Shown here: positions 34,977-64,000 of the stretch, piece after piece | How positions within the stretch are numbered: the stretch's first letter is position 1 | How the letters are laid out: each line of letters opens with the position of its first letter | Assembly (NCBI GenBank): GCA_002633005.1 | Contig: NMRA01000370.1 | Coordinates: 186,001-250,000, forward strand | DNA length: 64,000 nucleotides | From: Phoronis australis | Lineage: Eukaryota > Animalia > Phoronida | Reading direction: 5' to 3' | The notes under the pieces: model-generated | What the model was told of the DNA's origin: nothing | Database searches by the model: none | Seen by the model: only the letters and a program-made list of their open reading frames with translations | Position numbers and translations under genes: made by a program

Positions 34977-37900
34977 TAAATACTGCGGTAGAATTTAATA
35001 AGCTAGCTATGAAATTATATCGGATTTCAATTGTTCTAAATCAATGGGTCGCATTTTATAATAATGTCAAATAAAGCAGTCAAGATGCGTTCACTGACGC
35101 GCACAGTAGTCAGTCCAGTAGCGAGCACCTCCACGCCCCCCGTCGACCCCTTAAGTGGCCTCTCTCCCCACCCCCTGTCGGTAGTTGGTGAACCCATTGG
35201 ACGACACCTGTTTGGAACCCCCCTCGGCATGCGCCCGGGGGGCACCTGACCCCCCCCTTCTACGTCACAGAGTCAGTCACTGGATATGTTTGCCATGATG
35301 TGCTATGAAGTCCATACAATTGCCTGTCATGAACCGAATTATTAATAAAAATGTTGATGCAGTGTCAGAAACGTTTGGGTGACCGGGGGGGGGGGGAGAT
35401 TTCAGAGAATGGTAGTTAGTAATTTTGTCTGTTTTTTCTCTAAAATACATGCTGTTTACGTAGTGTTTTTGCAAGCTAATTACATGTTCCAAGAGCCCCC
35501 CTATTGGTGATTGAGGCAACTGGGAACAGGCAAATAAACGGACGAACTGCAATTCGTATAATGCTTCGTAAGCAAAAACTACGGGAAAAGCAAGATTTTT
35601 TATCATAGGTTATGGACAGGTTAGGAATGACTGAACAAATTATTAAAGGGTCAGTTCTTAGAACCTTGCAATATGGCTGCCACAGAGTGCCAATGATTGC
35701 CGCAAATGGCGTCAGTGAAAACCTTCAAAATATCCGTTTTGCCACACAAAATCAAAGCATACAAATTTGAAAATGTATTTTAAAAGTTGTGTCATTAAAT
35801 TATTCAATCATACTTTTTCAAACCATATCACTCGTTTGTTATTAGCTCATTATACGTGTTAGTCAAATACATTCAAACATGTCTACATCGGTGCCCAATT
35901 TTGTTGCAAAAATAGAAATAATGGCTGAAAATTCTTAAGAAGCGAGGTTTTTCTACATCTAACCAAATCAAACTAAAAAAAATCTGTGATTTTGGGTGTA
36001 GAATCTACCTATTGTTTTTATACGGAGTCACTCTTAAGTCCTACTTAATTTTAATTTCCACAAAGCCCGATGAAATATAATTTCAACAAACCTATTCTTT
36101 TGAGTTGAAGACACTTCATTTTTTTTCAAAACATTCATTAACATAGCACAAATCATCCAAGTCTTTCTAAAAATAAATTACTCTTCTTTATAACCCGTCG
36201 GACCAGGTTGACTTTTCATTTTTCGATTTAAAAAAAAAATTAGAATTCTTTGTAGTTGGTTTTACCCTTGATATCCAAAGCTTCATTAACAGAATTTTTA
36301 TCAACCTCTCGTAGCATCGAAGAAATCTTCCACAATCTTCCTTGACGGCGCAGTTCTTGTTTTGTATTCTCGGTGATTCTCGTTTAGTTCGTAGCAATTG
36401 TACCGTCATCCAATTAAGTTACACTTCGTAAATATATTGAAAAATGAACGACGGAATTTTAACTTATAAAACAATTGGAAAGCCCTTCTCCGTGTTCTAT
36501 CCATTGCGTTTTACATCTGATCAAGGCGCATCTTATTTTTTCATTTCTTAATTTCAATAGTTAATTTTTTGTTTTGATTCCAAACAATCGAAATTTAAAC
36601 TTTCCTCACTGGGAATTCTCTGACTTGACTATTTTCAACTTCTAAATGTCGTTCATGTTGCTTGTTTTTTCCACTAGCGGAGTATGAAACAGATGTGCCT
36701 TTAGTCTTCAAAAACAGAACGTTCAAAACAATTAGTCCACAGTGCATTAAGAACTTCAGAGCTGCAACACTCGACACTTCATTGTGCAGGCTCCCACACA
36801 CATTTCTCTTCATAAATGACAACAAAAACCTCTTGACCAAGCGTGCACCTGCCGTCTGTTTCCTCTTGTAGATGATCACCTGTACAAAGTCATGACTCTT
36901 ATGAAAAATTCATTTTTAAGTTGACGAATTTAGGGAGCCACCTTTCTATTTTATTGTTTTGCCCCATGAAAGTCTTGCAAAAATGTACTTCTTCATCTCC
37001 ACCGACGGTGGTAGGACTATACATTTAATACGTAAGTTGGAAAGATCATTTTTCAAAGCTTTACTGAACTGCTATGAGCTCCGTGTGTTCAGTCAAAGAA
37101 TCTAATTTTTCGCTTAGTAGACCACGTACGGCTAATTGGTTTCAATTAATTGCTTTTTTGAATGAACGCTTTTTCGAATGAAAATTCGTTTAGCATTGCT
37201 GGAGATCACATCCGCATACACTATGACCCGTCGTTATCTTCAATAATTTTGTATAGGTGTAGAACAAAGCGCTTTGTAGTTTTAGGAAAAACATATTATT
37301 TTGTGTACCAGACCGAGATGAAGGCGGATGTTACCGCGTGCATAGACATGTTTTATCCACTCCGACAAGAAGCAAAAACAGCGGAAAAAAATTAAAATTT
37401 GCAATATAAATTGGTTAGATTTTGCGGTATTGCTCATTGATTTAGCAACTTGCTTGATGTTGTCAGACATGACCCATTTGAAATGTCCTTTAATGTACTT
37501 TCAGATGTACGGCTGAGTTGCATAAAACTTCAAAGTTATCCGCTGGATAAGTTTAATTGTTGCATGACCTCAAGTGCATTGTTCTACAATAACAACGTTA
37601 GGCGTGATAATGCGACGTCATTGTTGATACACGGCGTATAACTTCTATGCAACTGGGCCCTGGAGCGCGTTTTCCGGCCGTTATGCAAAATTGGTTGAAT
37701 ACAAGACACTTGTTGTTGATAACAATCATTATTCTGTTCCGCTCGTATCCTCAGAACAAATGTAAATTTTAGAAGGCGCAAACCCGATCAAAGGCCTTTT
37801 AAAATGTTCAAATTAACAAATATAAGATAACTACCAGAAATATTTATTTGTAACAAAAAATATGTAGATACAGAATTTTTCTGATAAACTCATGCCAACC

Positions 37901-39312
37901 ACACAGTCAAATGACGAGGAATGCATTGATAATGAACAATAAGGTTCTATATTTTGTATAAAAAACATAAGTAGAATAAAAACTGATGTCTTTCTGTTCC
38001 CTAAAAAAGAGCTGTACATGTTAAAATCTTCAAAACATATACAGACCTGACTTTGCAATCTGGAATCGCTTATAGCCAGACACTCATTTCACGAAGTAAT
38101 ACTGGGATGCTTATGAAACACAGAGAGAACATTGGTTCAAGAAACAATGACTAAGACTTTTCCTAAAACAAACAGGACTAAAGACTGCTAGCGACCTTGA
38201 GGGGACAACTTGGAGCAAATCATCCAAAGTAATACACGATAAAAAGTTTGTTTAAATGTGGCAAAATATAGCAGTGCCATGCCCCTGGGAGTCTCCATAT
38301 GATGGGTAGGTAAGTACGATTCAACCACTAGGATGATCATTTTTTTCTCTTTGACTTCTTTTCAGGAAGACATTTTGCTCCCCCAGGAATAATAAAGAAA
38401 CGCACACCCAAGCGCAGACAGGCAGTGTTACCACTGAAGTCTTAGCTACTGATGTGATAATTATCGCACACAAAAGGATCTTAGTTCAGCATTCACACAA
38501 TGCCACAGGTTGACCCTGGCACTTCTTCTACAAATCTATTGACAAAGTACAAGTTACCATGGAACTGGATCCTAATGACTGCAAGAAAGATGCCCACAGG
38601 CTTACATGTTTAAGCTGCATCCCCATACACCACTAGGTGGCAGGAGTGTGGCCATTGCTTTTGCTTCACAAGGCTCTCTCATTGGAGTGAGGTTCTATGT
38701 CCTCAATACAAAGCAGATTAAAATGAATTTTCCATTTCTAAAAATGGTAATTAAGTCACCTATATCTTTCTGCCATCTATATCAACATCAAACAACAGTG
38801 CAAAGAAAACCAATAAATTTTGAAATAAATATATTTCATGGCCGGTCTATCAGACACATTTTTTGTGGAAAATTCATAAACCTGAAAATTTGAGGAAATT
38901 CATGAAATTCTGACATTTTGTTTTCACATGGCTACCACGCTTACTTTAAACATGCTCCCCTAATCAGATGCGCATATATTAAGTGGCTGACCTTTGAAAT
39001 CACTTGACTGCAACATACCAGTACATATTACATTAGGCAAAGATATTTGTCAGCTAGTTCCAATACGTCATAAGTTGTGCATACTTGGCCTCAAGCACCG
39101 ACTGAAGTGCACGACTTTGAACTACCTTGCATGAGTTGATACTGAGATAATGAGCCCCTGAAAAATTCTCTGAGTCTGCCTACAATCAGACAAAACAACG
39201 TTTCCCCATCAGAATGCCTAATTTTGTTAAAAGAAAAAATGACCAGTGATGACTATTATTGAGGCAAAATCTATTTGCAGAATGAGGTAGCCACCTGAAC
39301 AGCTTTTTGGTT

Positions 39313-39663
39313 AACGCTTCGTTACGAAGATGTATGCAAGCGCTATTTGAAGACGGGAAACATCAATATCGCAGATTGGGAAGCTGTGGCCTCCGATCAC
39401 AGCAGGTGGAGGTCGACTGTCAAGTTGTGCATCTCCAGTGAGCAAAGAAGAGAAGATAAACAGGCACAACTTCAAGAACACAGGCGTCAGAAGGAAGCCT
39501 CTGCTCCTACTGATCAGGTTCAAATATACACCTGTGACAACCGCAATACAACATGCCAGTCCTGAATCAGACTTTTTAGCCACAGGCAACTCTGTAATCC
39601 AACCAATGACCGACAGAAATTGCATATCCATTATTGTCTCTCGAGACAGACGGCTACCAACAA
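39313..39663 (+). mobile_element. RTE-clade LINE 3' fragment
   Basis: RYEDVCKRYLK..INIADWEAVASDHSRWRSTV..YTCD..C..RLFSH C-terminal pattern, then a short UTR TTGTCTCTCGAGACAGACGG and an (AAC)-like tail. Confidence 0.8.
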
Positions 39664-40339
39664 AAAATCTTTCACCTTTGGTCATGAGGAAAGACTACCC
39701 TGATTATGAATTTGGTTTCTGCCCAGTCTTTCAGGAGGGGAATTCTTGGTCATTTTGTCTGAATACTTTTGGTGTTCACTGCAGAGTGCTCAAACAGGCA
39801 AACGCAACATGTTAACAAATGTCTACACTGGACGAACCATAAATACAGAAACTATATCAAGATACAATTCCAATGATTTTAGGTCATATCATAAACATAA
39901 CACCAATAACATCTTACGTCCTCAGAGGTCAAAATACGACCTTTACATGGGAACACTGTATCGCGCACCTGAAACACCACCTCAGCCCAGATATAAAACT
40001 AAATGGTCATGTTTCTATGAAATGCTGAAAATAACATTTTCCTAAATCTTGAAGTTGTGCAGCTTCATGCCTCAATGCATGACACAAAGACTTTAATAAA
40101 AATTTTCTCTTTCAGAGAATTTATGTAGTCATTAAATATAGTTCTGCACTTAAATAGAAAAGTAATGGAACAGTATGGGAGTGACATCATAGAATGGCAC
40201 AACTGGCGCCCATAACAGAGATTGTTAGTCCGTTTACACACCAGATGGGGTGAACACGATAACTTTGAGTTCAAGTCCTACATTATCATTCGCTGAATTA
40301 CATACCAAGCATTCCCCACTTGCATCAGACGAAATGTGA

Positions 40340-61639
<21,300 letters not shown>

Positions 61640-62234
61640 GTCTTCTTAATGTTATCCCTGCGGTTAGGCCACGCACACGTACGGTAGAAGTTATTCGGAT
61701 ATTTAGTGCAACACCGTCTTCAGACGTAGTACACAGACGAAGTGGATCTGTGGGTTAATAGATAAAAGTCTATATCAAATCAGCACAGAGTCAATGAACT
61801 TAACTACGAAAGACACGATCCCCAAACTACGTCTACATTCTGGAACGAGCTTTGTCCATGTGACAGGTCAGCAAACAAACTCATTATAACCAGGGCATGT
61901 TTTGATTGAAATTAGGTCAACATGCCAGTTGAATTGATAAGTAATATATTTTTTATTATTTTATATAGTAAAAATCAAACTACAAAAGGTTATATTAAGC
62001 TCATTTAAGTGAAAATCAAAATGTAATATGCGAATAGTAGAAATCATATTTAACAAATTATTAATTCATTATTGCATTTGCGCATGTGCAAAATTACATT
62101 GTGCGGCTTTTCGCACATGTCGGGCGTGTTGTGTGTGCATTTTGGTATTTATTTTCTTCATCTTGCAGCTATAATTGCAAATTTATTGCCAGGCAGATAA
62201 TGTTTTGTAGTTAAACCAACAGAAAAGTATCATT
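61640..62234. promoter_or_regulatory. Probable bidirectional promoter between copine and the FAM120A-like gene
   Basis: 595 bp between divergent ATGs; NRF1-like TGCGCATGTGCA at 62079-62090. Confidence 0.6.
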
Positions 62235-62979
62235 ATGGGCATTTCAGACTTTCAGGAATTCATTGAAACGCAATGCAAAGACGCGTGTGTGTCCGTCGAT
62301 TTGCTGCAAATTGCTCGCTCGTATTCGGCGATTCACTCGCGCAAAACAAAACAACAATCTCATCAATACGAGATGCATCCCAGTCTGTGCATAGCCGTGG
62401 ACGCAGAGAGTTGTTTGGATCGACTCTACGGCGGCTACTACTCCGACTGGGTCTGTGGAGGCCAGTGGAATCGTATGACTCAATTCTTGTCCAATCTCGT
62501 GCAAGCTTGCGAGCATTCTGGGCTGAAACTGTCTGTCATTTTCAATGGTGCTTTAGAAAGTCAACACATGAAGTTAAACGAGTGGTTTTTGAACGAACTT
62601 AAAAACAGAAAGAATGCCAATCAGGTGTTGAAGCATATCAACAATCGTGGCACTCCTCCACCGAAAGTCTGGTGGCTCCCTCCTGTGGCTTTGGGATGGG
62701 CCTTACGAATGGCACTGCGCTACCTTCAAGTCGACATAGCGTGTACGATGGAAGACCATCATCAGGAAGTGATGGGATATTGCCGTGAATACAACCTACA
62801 GGGTGTTTTTGCTCATGATGCAAAGTATGCCATATTTGATCCACCACGCTACTTTTCTTCGCAAGACATGAAGTTGACTTACAAAGGTTCATTAGAAACT
62901 AAGGAGTATATTATTGATCAGGTCGCCAAGAGTCTTAATCTTCATCCAAACAGATTCTGTGTGCTTGCGGCTCTGCTTG
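62235..62979 (+). CDS. FAM120A: FAM120A-like (constitutive coactivator of PPAR-gamma-like protein 1), first coding exon; PIN/XPG-like N-terminal domain; gene continues beyond the window
   Basis: MGISDFQEFIE..VDAESCLDRLYGGYYSDWVCGGQWN..FNGALE..KGTPPPKVW-like RGTPPPKVWWLPP..EDHHQEV..FDPPRYFSS..LAALLG, with donor G|gtaagt at 62979/62980. Confidence 0.93.
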
Positions 62980-64000
62980 GTAAGTTCTCTGTGGTCGGTT
63001 AGCCACGCCCAATTTTGCTGAGATGTATTGCGCTCAAACTTGGAATTATGTTTAATCCCAAGATCGAGTATGCGTGAACTTGGAACACCGTAGCTGGAAA
63101 CTTGGCAAGTTCACCCAAATAACCACGTTCACATTGATAAAAATTTGTGCTTCACTAAAGCAAATTACGTGTTAATGAAATAATGTAAATTTTAACCAGC
63201 CTTTATTTTTTTCAAGAATTGGCGATCTTATTCACCAGACAGTAATATGGTTAACCATTCTCACATTCCTCCAATCTAAGTACCTAGATAAATTGACCTA
63301 TGCCGGCTTAACTGACTGATCAGAACGCAGCATTTGTGACACACCTTCGTTTCCAAGCCGCCATTTTACCCAACAAACAAATCGTTGCCGGGTAAAACTT
63401 ATTGTTTGTTTGTCGACATTGCACAAGGGGCGGAGCTTGTGATAGGTCAATTACTTTGTCGCTCGGTTATTTTTTGTGCATCTTCAGAGTCGCAAAACAG
63501 TGTGTTTTTTCCAACCCCATGTCGTGGCAGATAAGTCACAAAAAGCAGAACCTGCTTGATAGGTTTTAACACGTGAGGTGTTAGCCAGCCGGACTTGCTG
63601 CGACGATCACTCTAGTCTTAGGGTCAAAGCAGGGTGTTCTTGGAACGTGTTTCTGCATACCACAAATCTGCATGCTATTTTCTTGCGTGGTGTTTGTGAC
63701 ACTGTGTTGCGCCCGATTCTCGCCCGAAGTCAAGTTGCCATCGTAATCGCTTCCACTTAATCATTTCTGTTTTTAAAAAGTCAGTGTTGTTTCTCCCACA
63801 TTGTTAAAACAAGTTTGCTCACTCTTATGTCGGGGGCCCTGTGACTTTCTTTGTTTTTAACTTTCATTAGGTAAGATGTGCGTCTGGCACCTCTCAATGC
63901 AGCATTATGTGTAGTGATTGCAATTGCAGTGCTTCAGCATTATCTTAATGCCAACTCGTCAAATGCGACTTAACGAAAAGTCCCAGGTTGCCAAAACTGA

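Noticed and set aside
36595-36879. Minus-strand ORF after a plausible acceptor
   Set aside because: No recognisable domain, no partner exons and no donor.

Overview
AT-rich, intron-rich, repeat-rich eukaryotic DNA that looks like a marine-invertebrate metazoan; nothing prokaryotic (no CRISPR, operon or rRNA) is visible. Left to right: (1) the 5' end of a minus-strand gene running off the window, possibly PUS7-like, head-to-head with an intron-containing tRNA-Leu(CAA) at 1201-1317. (2) A roughly 9-kb tandem segmental duplication (about 7.7-16.6 kb versus 22.9-34.2 kb) carrying a secreted, protease-less kringle/PAN gene. The downstream copy reconstructs as signal peptide-K-K-K-PAN (356 aa); the upstream copy (SP-K-PAN) is a pseudogene. 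(3) An 18-exon copine gene (CPNE8-like, 543 aa) on the minus strand at 40340-61639. (4) The first coding exon of a FAM120A-like gene, divergent from copine across a 595-bp spacer. Intergenic and intronic DNA holds MITEs (5-bp-TSD hAT-like, CTG-TSD Harbinger-like, TTAA-TSD Kolobok-like), LINE relics, tRNA-like Pol III heads, degenerate minimal hammerhead motifs, minisatellites and a higher-order repeat rich in CTCF-like motifs. All gene models were spliced by eye using GT-AG sites and phase consistency; no database searches were run.
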